Positions 10,181-20,363 are shown, counted from the stretch's first letter. The stretch is DNA of 64,000 bases from an uncultured Desulfatitalea sp. (GCA_963668675.2 CAXXMB010000002.1:2688001-2752000); one strand, 5' to 3'. A program made the numbers and translations. The notes: generated by a model not told the origin, from the letters alone.

Positions 10181-11563
10181 ATGCCTGAAGGAATACTTTG
10201 CAACAAGAAGCCGGTGGATACGGTGGAGCAGCTGCAGGCGCTGTTGAACGACAAGAGCGGCAAGCAGTACTACGAAGAGATGAAACAGCTCGACGTGGAC
10301 AGCGATGCCCTGTGGGCCACGATCCAGAAGACGCTCAAATCGAGGCTGCGCACATGGCTCGAAATCTGCGCGCACTGTGGCATGTGCGCCGACAGCTGTT
10401 TTCTCTACCTGGCCAATGAGCGCGACCCCAAGCAGGTGCCCTCCTATAAGATACAATCCACGCTCGGTGAAATGGTGCGGCGCAAGGGGCGTGTGGATAA
10501 CGACTTCATGCACTACGTCATGGATACGGCCTGGGCCAAATGCACCTGCTGCAACCGCTGCGCCCTCTACTGCCCGTTCGGTATCGATATGGGGGTGATG
10601 TTCGGCTACCTGCGCGGCTTGTGTTTCTCCCAGGGATTCGTCCCCTGGGAACTGAAGATTGGATCCGGCATGCACCGCATCTACCGCGCCCAGATGGATG
10701 TGACCACGGAGGATTGGGTCGAGACGTGCGAATGGATGCGCGAAGAGTACGAAGAGGATTGGCCGGGATTGCAGTTTCCCATCGACAAATCGGATGCCGA
10801 CATCATCTACACGGTCAACGCCCGCGAGGTGAAGCACTACCCGGAAGATCTGGCCGAGGCGGCCATCTTGTTCCACCTGGCCGGAGAGAACTGGACGGTG
10901 CCCAGTGAGGGCTGGGAAGAGACCAGCCTGGCCATGTTCGCCGGCGACTGGGAGGCGTGTAAAAACCAGGTGGAGAGTGTGTACGCGGCCATGGATCGAT
11001 TGAAGCCCAAACGCATGGTGGTGACCGAGTGCGGTCATGCTTATCGTGCTACGGTCATCGAAGGGCCTTACTGGGTGGGCTTGAAGAGCGGTAAACCTCC
11101 CATTGAAAGCATTCACTATGTGGAGTGGGTGGCCGAGGCGCTGCGGACCGGTAAGCTGAAAATCGATCCGTCCAAACGGATCAAGGAGCCGGTGACCTAT
11201 CAGGATTCATGTAACTACATCCGCAATGCCGGGCTGAAGGAGTGCGCCCGGGAGATCATGAGCTATATCGCCGAAGATTTCCGTGAGATGGATCCGTGCG
11301 GGGAGCACAACTACTGCTGCGGCGGCGGCGGCGGGCTCAACGGCATCGGCCGGTACCGGGAAGAGCGCAATGTAGGCCTGCAGATCAAACGGGACCAGAT
11401 ACTGGCCACCGGCGCCAAGCTGGTGATCTCCCCCTGCCACAACTGCTGGGATGCCATTCGTGACCTGGAAGAGATCTATAAGGTCGGCATCCGCTGGTCG
11501 TTTCTCAAACCGCTGCTGTTGAAGATGGTTGTGGTGCCTGAGCATATGCAGCCTGAAGAGTGA
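10181..11563 (+). CDS. hmcF: Hmc cytoplasmic HdrD/DsrK-like Fe-S subunit
   Basis: [34 protein letters not shown] (CCG domain), PCHNC. Confidence 0.92.
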   Translation: MPEGILCNKKPVDTVEQLQALLNDKSGKQYYEEMKQLDVDSDALWATIQKTLKSRLRTWLEICAHCGMCADSCFLYLANERDPKQVPSYKIQSTLGEMVRRKGRVDNDFMHYVMDTAWAKCTCCNRCALYCPFGIDMGVMFGYLRGLCFSQGFVPWELKIGSGMHRIYRAQMDVTTEDWVETCEWMREEYEEDWPGLQFPIDKSDADIIYTVNAREVKHYPEDLAEAAILFHLAGENWTVPSEGWEETSLAMFAGDWEACKNQVESVYAAMDRLKPKRMVVTECGHAYRATVIEGPYWVGLKSGKPPIESIHYVEWVAEALRTGKLKIDPSKRIKEPVTYQDSCNYIRNAGLKECAREIMSYIAEDFREMDPCGEHNYCCGGGGGLNGIGRYREERNVGLQIKRDQILATGAKLVISPCHNCWDAIRDLEEIYKVGIRWSFLKPLLLKMVVVPEHMQPEE

Positions 11564-11611
11564 TGGGAGGCGTTTGAGGCTTTCACAGGCGGCGACGGGA
11601 AAGTAATTTTA

Positions 11612-12157
11612 ATGAACTGCGTCGAACTCCAATCGGATGGAACGATTCAAACAGATGCCCCGGCTTTGGTGAAAGAGCCGCTGGCATGCCTGGGGCACCA
11701 GGTGCAGCTGGCGGACGACTGCACGCTGCGCAGCTTCTTCCGATTGCTGGCGGTTTACCCGGATCTGGTTCGGTTGGGGGAATTTTATCCCCTGTTGGTC
11801 GAGCGGTTCCGGGTTTGTCCGGTCGACGGCTGCCGGTGGGACGCCTTCGAACTCCTGGCGCTGACCAAAACCGTTGAAATGGTCGGCTACCCGGGGAAAC
11901 CGCGCCTGGACATCTACAACAGTTTTCACGGCGTTCGGGTCGACCAGCCGGACCAGCCCGAGGAGATCCGATCCCTTGACCTGACTTTTCTTCTGGACAT
12001 GCCGCTGCGCCTTGGACTCCTGAGGCATGTTGTTTTTGGTGACCGGGTGGACGTGTTCTCCTTTGAAACGGTCTACACTCTTTTTGAATTTATCGACAGC
12101 ATTGCCTGGGAGCTTAGTTTTCACGGCACACCCAGGGAGTGCAAGATTGGGAGCTGA
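11612..12157 (+). CDS. Hypothetical protein in the hmc/tmc cluster
   Basis: 181-aa co-directional ORF, 3 bp from the next gene. Confidence 0.7.
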   Translation: MNCVELQSDGTIQTDAPALVKEPLACLGHQVQLADDCTLRSFFRLLAVYPDLVRLGEFYPLLVERFRVCPVDGCRWDAFELLALTKTVEMVGYPGKPRLDIYNSFHGVRVDQPDQPEEIRSLDLTFLLDMPLRLGLLRHVVFGDRVDVFSFETVYTLFEFIDSIAWELSFHGTPRECKIGS

Positions 12158-12160
12158 GCC

Positions 12161-13093
12161 ATGTTTAAAAAGATCTTGTTTGCAACCTCCGCTTCACCGG
12201 TTTGCGACAATGCGGCCAAAGTGGCTTTTGATCTTGAACTGAAGTGGGATGCCGAACTCACCATTTTCCATGTGCTGGGTATTCCCACACGTGGGTTCAG
12301 TCCCTTTGTGACCGATGTGCGCACCGGTGAGTCCGAACAGATGGACCCCGATTACATCGAGTGGGTCAAGGAGGAGATGCGCAATACCTATGGCGACCTG
12401 CTCAAGGATGCCGACCAGGTCCGACTAGAGGCGGCCGTTGGGGTGCCCCATCGGGAGATACTGCGCAAGGCGCGCGAAGAGAATGTGGATATGATCATCA
12501 TGGGCGCCCACACCCGGCCGGAGGATGTCGGCGCTTCACGCTACCGCAGCGTGGTGGGCAGCACCATGCAGAAGGTAGCCAAAGCGGCGCGTTGTCCGGT
12601 GGTGATCATCAGCCGGCCCTGCACCACCTGCTGGAAACTTTTTTCCAATATCGTTGTGGGCATTGATTTTTCCAAAGCCTCCCGGGCCGCTTTTTCGTGG
12701 GCTGCCAGGTTGGCCAAAGAGGTGGATGCGAACCTGCATGTCTTTCACGCTGTCGATCTCGAGATTACCGATGCCGGGCAGGTAAAGGCCCAGGAGGAGA
12801 TAGAGGAGCGGATTGCATCGGCGCGCGACAAGCTGGAGCGCGACTATCTGCCCCAGCTCAAGGGATTTGAGAAGTACACCGTCCAGGTGTGGGAAGGATC
12901 TCCCTATGTGGAGATATTGAAGCTGGCCCGCGAGCGCCAGGCGGATCTCATCGTCATGGCGCACCACACCCGGGAGATCGATCCGGAAATGGCCCTGCTG
13001 GGAAGCACTGTGGAGCAGGTGGTGTTGCGCTCGGCCTGTCCGGTGGCTTCGGTGAACCATCCCGATAAGGCCGTGGACCAGGCGGCCACTTGA
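12161..13093 (+). CDS. Tandem-domain universal stress protein
   Basis: KKILFAT, DMIIMG, VVGST..KV....CPV; second domain DLIVMA, LLGST.E.V....CPV. Confidence 0.92.
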   Translation: MFKKILFATSASPVCDNAAKVAFDLELKWDAELTIFHVLGIPTRGFSPFVTDVRTGESEQMDPDYIEWVKEEMRNTYGDLLKDADQVRLEAAVGVPHREILRKAREENVDMIIMGAHTRPEDVGASRYRSVVGSTMQKVAKAARCPVVIISRPCTTCWKLFSNIVVGIDFSKASRAAFSWAARLAKEVDANLHVFHAVDLEITDAGQVKAQEEIEERIASARDKLERDYLPQLKGFEKYTVQVWEGSPYVEILKLARERQADLIVMAHHTREIDPEMALLGSTVEQVVLRSACPVASVNHPDKAVDQAAT

Positions 13094-13533
13094 CCGAAAG
13101 GACCAAGAGATTATTCGTGGGCACCGAATCGAAGAAGCAGCTCGTTTTGATCGTGGATGATGAAATGGACATGCGCTTTTTCATGACCACGCTGTTTGAA
13201 ACCAGCGGCTTCGAGGCGGTGGCGGTCCGGGATGGCCGTCAGGGATTGGCCCGGGCCGAGGCACTTCGGCCGGACCTGATCGTGCTGGATGTGATGATGC
13301 CCGGTGAAGGGGGCGCGGCCATGTACAAGGCGCTCAAGAGCGATGCCCGGCTGGGCGGTATTCCGGTGATCATGCTCTCGGCGGTGGATGAAAAGGCGTT
13401 CCGGCACTACCTGGCCATGCTCAATGCCCGACTTGAAGCACCTGTTCCTCAGCCCGAGGCCTATATGGAAAAACCGCCCGATCCGGAGGCGCTGTTGACA
13501 TTGGCCCGGCAGGTGCTCGCGCAGCAGTCATAA
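13090..13533 (+). CDS. Single-domain response regulator
   Basis: VLIVDDE, DLIVLDVMMP, EKP; start uncertain (TTG 13090 or GTG 13117). Confidence 0.85.
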   Translation: MTERTKRLFVGTESKKQLVLIVDDEMDMRFFMTTLFETSGFEAVAVRDGRQGLARAEALRPDLIVLDVMMPGEGGAAMYKALKSDARLGGIPVIMLSAVDEKAFRHYLAMLNARLEAPVPQPEAYMEKPPDPEALLTLARQVLAQQS

Positions 13534-13582
13534 TCGATATTTAACACGCAGTTTTTTGTAGTTTTAACAAATTCTAAAAGCT

Positions 13583-13715
13583 GACAGCCGCGTAAAAAAG
13601 TCATTCACACGTCATGCCGGACCTGATTCGGCATCCAGAACCCATTGTAAAACTGGATTCCGGCCTTCGCCGGAATGACGGGAAAAGTACTTTTAGGACT
13701 TTTTGCGAACTCGTC
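13583..13715. repeat. MITE/REP-like element with nested inverted repeats
   Basis: Ends GACAGCCGCGTAAAAAAGTC / GACTTTTTGCGAACTCGTC; inner GTCATGCCGGACCTGATTCGGCATCCAG ... CTGGATTCCGGCCTTCGCCGGAATGAC. Confidence 0.75.
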
Positions 13716-13752
13716 CAAGTTGAGCCTTATTAATTTCGCCGCCGGGAAACCA

Positions 13753-15696
13753 ATGATGGATAAACGACTCCTGCTTGTCGATGACGAAGAGGGAATCCGC
13801 AAGGTATTGGGGATCGTCCTGGCCGACATCGGATATGACATTGTGACCGCCGCTGACGGCAAGCAGGGGCTGCAACAGTTTCTCGAGCAACGCCCTCCCA
13901 TTGTCATTACCGACATCAAGATGCCTGTTATGGACGGTATCGAGCTGCTTCAGCAGATCAAGCGGGAAGATCCCGACACTGAGGTGATCATGCTCACCGG
14001 CCATGGCGATATGGAGTTGGCCATCCAGTGCCTCAAGCTCGAGGCGACCGATTTCGTTACCAAGCCGATCAATGACGACGCCCTGGAGATCGCTCTAAAA
14101 AGAGCCAATGAGCGGATCCTTATGCGGCGCCAGCTGCGGGAATACACGGAAAACCTCGAGAGGTTGGTCGAGGAGAAGTCGGCCCAGTTGGTGGATGCCG
14201 AGCGGCGCGCGGCGGTGGGGCAGGCGCTGGAGGGATTGACCACGGCCATGCAGAACATTGCGGGGGATTTGGACAGTGGTATCTCCTGCTTCAATGATCT
14301 GCCATGCTTCGTTTCGATCCACTCCCCCGAATACAAAGTGGTGGCGGCCAACCAGCGCTACATTGCCAAACTGGGATCTCCGGACGGGCATTCCAGCGGT
14401 GGGCTCTACAAGTCGACCGGTCCGTCTCCGGCGGCGGTCACTTTTGCATCGGGCCGGGGGCAGCGCATCAACACAACCGCTCATTTCCCCGACGGTACTG
14501 AAACACCCGTTATCGTCCACACGGCCCCCATTCGCAATGCCGACGGCCAGGTTGAGCTGGTGGTGGAGATTGCTGCCGATGTGGCCGAGATCAGGCGCCT
14601 CCGGGACGATCTTCAGATGGCCCGGCATCGCTACCAGCTCCTGTTTAACGAGGCACCCTGCTACATCACCGTTCAGGATCGGCAATTGCGCATAACAGAG
14701 GCCAACCGGCTTTTCCGGGAGGATTTCGGCGGGGATGCCCGGGCACGCTGTTTTGAGGTCTATCGCAAAAGAGAGGCCGCCTGCAGCGACTGCCCGGTGG
14801 CCAAGACATTCGACGACGGGGCACCTCACCAGAAGGAGATGGATGTGGTCGGCCCTGACGGGAGTCCGAAGCGCATGCTCGTCCAGACGGCCCCCCTTTG
14901 CGACAGTGCGGGGCGAATTACCCACGTGATGGAGATGTCCACCGATGTGACCCAGATACGCAAACTGCAGGAGCATCTGGCTGCACTGGGGCTGATGATT
15001 GGTTCGGTTTCTCACGGTATCAAGGGGTTGTTGACCGGGCTGGACGGCAGCATGTACTTGGTGGACCGCGGGGTGGCCAAGGCGGAACCGGATCTGATCC
15101 GCGAGGGGTGGGATACCTTGCGCGAGATGATCGAGCGTATCCGCAATTTGGTAATGGATATCCTTTACTATGCCAAGGAGAAGGACCTGAAGTGGCAGCG
15201 GGTCGATGTGGTGTCGTTTGTTCAAGAGATCGCCGGACAGTTTGAGCCCAAAGCGCTTCAACTGGGCATCGAGTGGCGCTGCGAGGCGGCCGATGACCTC
15301 AAGACCACCCACGTGGACCCTGGCATGGTGCAGGCGATTTTGTCCAATATATTGGACAATGCCATTGAGGCCTGTGTTGCGGATACGGATCGGACCAAGC
15401 AGCATGTGATCTCATTTAAGGTGCATGCCGATCAGCACGATATCGTTTTCCAGGTGATCGATAATGCCAAGGGGATGGACAGCGATACCCAGGCCCGGAT
15501 CTTCGCTCCGGATTTTATCAGTCACAAACGGGAGGGCAGCGGCTTAGGCCTTTTCATTGCACGCCAGATCCTGAAAAAGAACAGCGGCCAGATCAAAGTC
15601 GAGTCCAGTCCTGGCGCCGGATCGGTGTTCACGGTTCGCCTGCCCAAAGCCGTTGGCGGTGCGGCCCAAGCGTGCAGCGGGGCACGCCCCCGATGA
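13753..15696 (+). CDS. Hybrid REC-PAS-PAS-histidine kinase
   Basis: LLLVDDE REC; two PAS-like repeats; H-box SVSHGIKG; NILDNA, GSGLGL. Confidence 0.9.
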   Translation: MMDKRLLLVDDEEGIRKVLGIVLADIGYDIVTAADGKQGLQQFLEQRPPIVITDIKMPVMDGIELLQQIKREDPDTEVIMLTGHGDMELAIQCLKLEATDFVTKPINDDALEIALKRANERILMRRQLREYTENLERLVEEKSAQLVDAERRAAVGQALEGLTTAMQNIAGDLDSGISCFNDLPCFVSIHSPEYKVVAANQRYIAKLGSPDGHSSGGLYKSTGPSPAAVTFASGRGQRINTTAHFPDGTETPVIVHTAPIRNADGQVELVVEIAADVAEIRRLRDDLQMARHRYQLLFNEAPCYITVQDRQLRITEANRLFREDFGGDARARCFEVYRKREAACSDCPVAKTFDDGAPHQKEMDVVGPDGSPKRMLVQTAPLCDSAGRITHVMEMSTDVTQIRKLQEHLAALGLMIGSVSHGIKGLLTGLDGSMYLVDRGVAKAEPDLIREGWDTLREMIERIRNLVMDILYYAKEKDLKWQRVDVVSFVQEIAGQFEPKALQLGIEWRCEAADDLKTTHVDPGMVQAILSNILDNAIEACVADTDRTKQHVISFKVHADQHDIVFQVIDNAKGMDSDTQARIFAPDFISHKREGSGLGLFIARQILKKNSGQIKVESSPGAGSVFTVRLPKAVGGAAQACSGARPR

Positions 15697-15872
15697 TTTT
15701 GGGCTTGACTTCTCCATGGCCTTGATTCACCCTTAGGCCAGATTTGATCAACACTGCCAATGCCCTGTTATTGCTACGCACGGCGCGACAATTGGCTTCC
15801 CTTTCAACGAAAAGGGCAGTGGCAGCTTCCACGGGGTCTATCTTCCCTCTTTGAAACGGACAAGGAGGCCAA

Positions 15873-17138
15873 ATGGTCATTCACCAGAGTTGGGACTGGG
15901 AAATCGGGGAGAGAGAAGTCAACACCACCGACTGGTCCCAACGCTTCCGCTGGGTGGAAGAGATGTACGCCAGTCCCGACGGTGAAACCGTCGCGGCCAT
16001 CGTTAATGTAGAAGAAGAAGCTTTCAATGTTTGCCTTAACGGTTCCCTCTGGTCGGATACCCATAGCGATAAAATCTGGCACCTGAGATTTACGCCGGAC
16101 AACCGACCGTATGCCCTGGTTTTGGACAGCGGCGAATGGGCCGTTGCCGTTTCCGGCGAGTCCTGGCCGGATGGCTACGATTATGCCTGGCATCCCCTGG
16201 TCAGCGGCGATGGCAAATGCATCGCCGTCGCCGTTCAGCAGGCCGGGCGTTATGCCATGTCTGTCGACGGCAAGTCATGGGAGAACAATTTTCCCGACAT
16301 CGGGTACTGTGTCATCGCTCCTTCAGGGGCCAATTCCGCAGCGGTCGTTCAAGTGAAAGACGCCGACTCCGGGCAGATCCACACCTTTCAGGAGGGGACC
16401 TTCAGCGTTGCTGTCAACGGCCAACCTTGGGATGCGGTGTTTGTCAATGCCTGGCATGTGGTATTCAGTGCAAATGAAAAGCATCTCGCCACCGAGGTGC
16501 GCCTCAATCTATATGACTATACAATCGCTGTGGACGGGCAGCTGTGGCCTCAGGTTTACTCGGCGGTTTGGGCACCATGTTTCCATCCCAACGACGGCAC
16601 TGTGGTGGCCCCGGTGCGAACCAAGGGGAAGTGGTATATGGCCCAGGATGCGCGCACCTCGTGGTCGCGTCCTTTTGTGCAGCTGTGGCAGCAGCAGTTC
16701 AATGTCGACGGCAGCCGCCTGGCCGCCATTTGCGCCCCCAGCTATGGCCGCTGGACCGTTGCCGTGGATGGCGAATCGTGGCAGGCGATGTTCGACAGCA
16801 TGGTCACCGACCTCACCTTCAGCCCGGATGGCCGGCGCGTGGCCGCACTCGCCAAAGGGGGGCAGCAGTGGTATGTCGTTGTGGATGGCCAGGTCTGGAA
16901 AAACAGGTTCGCCATGGCCTGGCAGCCCGTATTTTCACCCGACGGCAACCATGTTGCCGCCAAAGTTGAGATCGACGGCCGATACACCATTATCGTCAAT
17001 GACCATCTCTGGTCCCGGGCGTGCGACATGGTGTGGGAGCCATGTTTCAGCCCGGATGGTACCCGACTGCTGGTGAGAAGTGTTGAAAAGGGTGTCTATC
17101 GGAGAAGTGTCATTCCCGTGGATAAGATCGCAGGGTAG
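15873..17138 (+). CDS. tmcD: Tmc Trp-rich beta-propeller subunit
   Basis: Repeated VAVDG..W / W.P.FSPDG motifs; AAGGAGG RBS; precedes tmcC. Confidence 0.85.
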   Translation: MVIHQSWDWEIGEREVNTTDWSQRFRWVEEMYASPDGETVAAIVNVEEEAFNVCLNGSLWSDTHSDKIWHLRFTPDNRPYALVLDSGEWAVAVSGESWPDGYDYAWHPLVSGDGKCIAVAVQQAGRYAMSVDGKSWENNFPDIGYCVIAPSGANSAAVVQVKDADSGQIHTFQEGTFSVAVNGQPWDAVFVNAWHVVFSANEKHLATEVRLNLYDYTIAVDGQLWPQVYSAVWAPCFHPNDGTVVAPVRTKGKWYMAQDARTSWSRPFVQLWQQQFNVDGSRLAAICAPSYGRWTVAVDGESWQAMFDSMVTDLTFSPDGRRVAALAKGGQQWYVVVDGQVWKNRFAMAWQPVFSPDGNHVAAKVEIDGRYTIIVNDHLWSRACDMVWEPCFSPDGTRLLVRSVEKGVYRRSVIPVDKIAG

Positions 17139-17239
17139 GGAAAGCTCCCTGCGGGCCTGGCCGGTGCCTGCCTCACACTTGAGACAGGCCCTGATGGAGA
17201 TGCCGGGTCTATCCACCGCATTTATGGAGAGCCATTCCA

Positions 17240-17899
17240 ATGCACGCATTATATCAGTTTGTTGCCGGACCGATGGCCTGGGTGGCGTTCGTTCTTTTTT
17301 TCGGCGGGATGATTTACCGACTGATGCGGCTGCTGGTCATGGCCCGCAAAAGCGAACCCTTTATCTTTACCTACATGAGCTGGCGCTACAGCCTCAGGTC
17401 GATCTTTCACTGGCTCATCCCGTTCGGCACCGTCCGCTGGCGGACACGGCCGGTTTTGACCATCGCGACCTTCGCCTTTCATATCGGTTTGCTGTTGACG
17501 CCGATCTTTCTGCTTTCCCACATCGTTCTGTTTGATGAGGCTTGGGGGGTGAGCTGGTGGGCCCTGCCCGATACGGTAGCGGACGTCATGAGCGCCATCG
17601 TCATCGGTTGTTGCATCTTCTTTGCGGTGAGGCGTTTTACGCAGCCGGAGGTGCGGTTTGTCACGGACAGCTCGGACTATCTTCTTCTGGCCCTCACCGC
17701 GGCGCCGTTCGTTACGGGATTTTTGGCCTATCACCAGTGGACCGAAGGGGCCTGGATGACCATACTCCACATGTTCAGCGGAGAACTGCTGTTGGCGGCG
17801 CTCCCCTTTACGCGTTTGAGCCACATGGTGTTTGCGTGGTTGACGAGGGCGTATATGGGGTCCGAGTTTGGGGGGGTGCGGCATGCGCGCGACTGGTAG
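17240..17899 (+). CDS. tmcC: Tmc NarI-like cytochrome b subunit
   Basis: Paralog of HmcE; FAFH, LLSH, ILH, TRLSH. Confidence 0.88.
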   Translation: MHALYQFVAGPMAWVAFVLFFGGMIYRLMRLLVMARKSEPFIFTYMSWRYSLRSIFHWLIPFGTVRWRTRPVLTIATFAFHIGLLLTPIFLLSHIVLFDEAWGVSWWALPDTVADVMSAIVIGCCIFFAVRRFTQPEVRFVTDSSDYLLLALTAAPFVTGFLAYHQWTEGAWMTILHMFSGELLLAALPFTRLSHMVFAWLTRAYMGSEFGGVRHARDW

Positions 17900-17900
17900 T

Positions 17901-18043
17901 CTTGACGTTGAGAAGCGGCACCTCAGCATGCCATGCGGCGTTCTCACCTTTTTGCAGTCCTCGGCGTAGCGTTGCTACGCCTGTGGGTGCAAAAAGTCTG
18001 CGGCCTTGCCTGACAGGCTGATGCACCACTTCTCAACGCCAAG
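17901..18043. repeat. MITE-like palindromic element (143 bp)
   Basis: Terminal IR CTTGACGTTGAGAAGCGG / CCACTTCTCAACGCCAAG; inner CTTTTTGCA...GGCGTAGCGTTGCTACGCC...TGCAAAAAG. Confidence 0.75.
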
Positions 18044-18085
18044 GGTAAGGGCTGAGATTGTAGTTTTGTTAAAATGCTAATTTGC

Positions 18086-18113
18086 GTCATGCCGGACTTG
18101 GTTCGGCATCTGG
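18086..18113. repeat. Partial REP copy
   Basis: GTCATGCCGGACTTGGTTCGGCATCTGG, near-identical to 13611-13638. Confidence 0.7.
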
Positions 18114-18166
18114 GAGACAAATAGAAGCGTTGGGTTTTTCTCAACTTTAATTAGGAAAGAGTGACA

Positions 18167-19510
18167 ATGGCTGGTCCGGAGAAAGAAGACGTTAAAGATG
18201 AAGCCCGGGATGAGGGGATTGAGGTCGGTATTTCGCGGCTGACGCCCGAGCGGATCCAGTCGGTGGTGAACAGTGTGATAGGGGGGGAGGCCGGCGCCCG
18301 TTTCAAGGCCTATGTGCAGACCTGCATTCATTGCGGACTATGTTCGGATGCGTGCCATTTCTATCTCTCAAGGGACAAAGACCCGCGGTTCTCCCCGGTG
18401 GGCAAGCTGAAGCAGACCATCTGGCCCATGATTCAGAAAAAGGGCAAGGTCGACGATCAGTTCATTCGCGACGCGGCCCGTATTGCCCATACAGAGTGCA
18501 ATTTGTGCAAGCGCTGTGTGATGTACTGTCCCTTTGGTATCGATATCGCTTATATGATGAGCATGGTGCGACGTATCATTCACAAACTGGGAGTGACGCC
18601 CCTCTATCTGCAGGACACCGCTCATAGCCACGCCTCCACAATGAACCAGATGTGGGTCAAGGGGGATGAATGGATCGACACCCTGCAGTGGCAGGAGGAG
18701 GAGGCCCGCGAAGAGATCCCCCGTCTGCGCATCCCCCTGGAGAAAGAGGGGGCGGAGATCATGTACTCGGTGATCGCTCCCGAGCCGAAGTTCCAGGCCC
18801 AGTTGATCTACCAGGCGGCGGTGATCATGCATGTGGCCGGCGTCGATTGGACCATGCCGGCGGGTTTGGGCTGGGACAACAGCGACATGGCCATGTACAG
18901 TGGAGACAACGAGATCATGGGGCGGATCAAGCGGACCCACTTCGAGGCCGCCGCTCGCCTGAAGGCCAAGAAGATCGTCATGGGAGAGTGCGGTCACGCC
19001 TTCCGATCCGTCTACGACATGGGCAACCGCTGGCTGGGGTGGGCCATGCCGCCGATTCCCATCGTTCATGCCATCGAGTTCTATCACGACCTGCTCATGG
19101 AGGGCCGGATTCGAATCGTTAAGAAATACGACAAGCCGGTGACCTTGCACGATCCCTGCAACGTTTCGCGCGGCGGCGGTTTGTACGAAAAGGCCCGATA
19201 TGTGGCAAAAGAGATCTGCGAAGAGCTGGTGGAGATGCATCCCAACCGGGAGCACAACTACTGCTGTGCGGCGGGAGGCGGTGTGATCAATTGCGGCCCT
19301 CCCTATAAAAAACAGCGTATGGAGGGCAATCGCGTGAAGGCCGAGCAGCTGTTTGATGCCAAGAGCCGCGGCGCCCAAACCTTGATTGCCCCATGTCACA
19401 ACTGCCACAGCGGTTTGGAGGACATTATTCAACACTATGAGATCGGGCTCGATATCAAGTTTTTCGGCGACATTATTTATGAATGTATGGAAAAGCCTGA
19501 AAACCCTTAG
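18167..19510 (+). CDS. tmcB: Tmc HdrD/DsrK-like Fe-S subunit
   Basis: CIHCGLCSDAC, CNLCKRCVMYCP, ECGH, HDPC, CCAAGGG, PCHNC; alternative GTG start at 18161. Confidence 0.9.
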   Translation: MAGPEKEDVKDEARDEGIEVGISRLTPERIQSVVNSVIGGEAGARFKAYVQTCIHCGLCSDACHFYLSRDKDPRFSPVGKLKQTIWPMIQKKGKVDDQFIRDAARIAHTECNLCKRCVMYCPFGIDIAYMMSMVRRIIHKLGVTPLYLQDTAHSHASTMNQMWVKGDEWIDTLQWQEEEAREEIPRLRIPLEKEGAEIMYSVIAPEPKFQAQLIYQAAVIMHVAGVDWTMPAGLGWDNSDMAMYSGDNEIMGRIKRTHFEAAARLKAKKIVMGECGHAFRSVYDMGNRWLGWAMPPIPIVHAIEFYHDLLMEGRIRIVKKYDKPVTLHDPCNVSRGGGLYEKARYVAKEICEELVEMHPNREHNYCCAAGGGVINCGPPYKKQRMEGNRVKAEQLFDAKSRGAQTLIAPCHNCHSGLEDIIQHYEIGLDIKFFGDIIYECMEKPENP

Positions 19511-19576
19511 TGTTTGCCGATCTGCAGGAGGCGCACTGTTACGTCACCCCGATGTTGAGGGAAGGAGGGGGGTTGC

Positions 19577-19954
19577 ATGAACAAACCGCTCTTTTGGAGT
19601 GTGATTATACTTTCGGTGGTCCTGGTGGTCTGCGCCTTCGGTCAGGAGGATATGCAGTTCGTCGATAACAGCGCCTTTGAGAATCCCCAGCGCGCCCCGG
19701 CGCTGTTCGAGCACGACGCCCACAATGAGGCAGCTGGCCTGGACGACTGTGCCGAGTGTCATCATCTCTATGATGACGACGGCCAGAAGCTGGAGGATGA
19801 ATCTTCGGAAGACCAGATGTGTGCCGATTGTCATCAGCCCAAGGACGATGGCCGCAAACCCGGACTGCGCAAGGCATTTCATGCCAACTGTAAAGGATGT
19901 CATTTAGCGGAGCAAAAAGGTCCCATCGCCTGTGCGCAGTGCCATGTGCGATAG
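19577..19954 (+). CDS. tmcA: Acidic tetraheme type II cytochrome c3
   Basis: Signal peptide; CAECH, CADCH, CKGCH, CAQCH; Asp/Glu-rich. Confidence 0.9.
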   Translation: MNKPLFWSVIILSVVLVVCAFGQEDMQFVDNSAFENPQRAPALFEHDAHNEAAGLDDCAECHHLYDDDGQKLEDESSEDQMCADCHQPKDDGRKPGLRKAFHANCKGCHLAEQKGPIACAQCHVR

Positions 19955-19971
19955 GTAGGGGGAGAGACGAT

Positions 19972-20322
19972 ATGCCGAAGAAAATACTGATTATCGACGA
20001 CGATCCGGTAGTGGTGAAGTATTTGAAAAATTTGTTCGAAGACAACGGCTATGCCACGTGTGAAGCCAATAGCAGTGCAGAGGGGCTTCAACTGGTGCAA
20101 GCTGAAAGGCCGGACCTGATCACGCTGGACCTGGAGATGCCAGGGGAGTGGGGGCCGCGCTTCTATCGCAAACTGAGGCAGAACAAGACACTGCGTGAGA
20201 CGCCCGTAATTGTGATCAGTGGTATCGATGGGGATCATGCCGTTAAGGATGCTGTGGCCTTCGTGGCCAAGCCCTTTGACCCCGACAAGTTGCTGGGCAT
20301 CGTCAAAAAGACCATCGGATGA
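19972..20322 (+). CDS. Single-domain response regulator of the type found at tmc loci (DivK-like)
   Basis: KKILIIDDD; DLITLDLEMPGEWGPRFYRKL; KP. Confidence 0.88.
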   Translation: MPKKILIIDDDPVVVKYLKNLFEDNGYATCEANSSAEGLQLVQAERPDLITLDLEMPGEWGPRFYRKLRQNKTLRETPVIVISGIDGDHAVKDAVAFVAKPFDPDKLLGIVKKTIG

Positions 20323-20363
20323 TCCAGTAGACATCCTGAATGGCCTCAATATCGCCGGTGGGT

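Noticed and set aside
15779..15797. Possible sigma-54 promoter before tmcD (CGGCGCGACAATTGGCT)
   Set aside because: GG-to-GC spacing is 11, not 10
4961..20322. Selenocysteine read-through or frameshifts in hmc/tmc genes
   Set aside because: All subunits appear full length with ordinary stops
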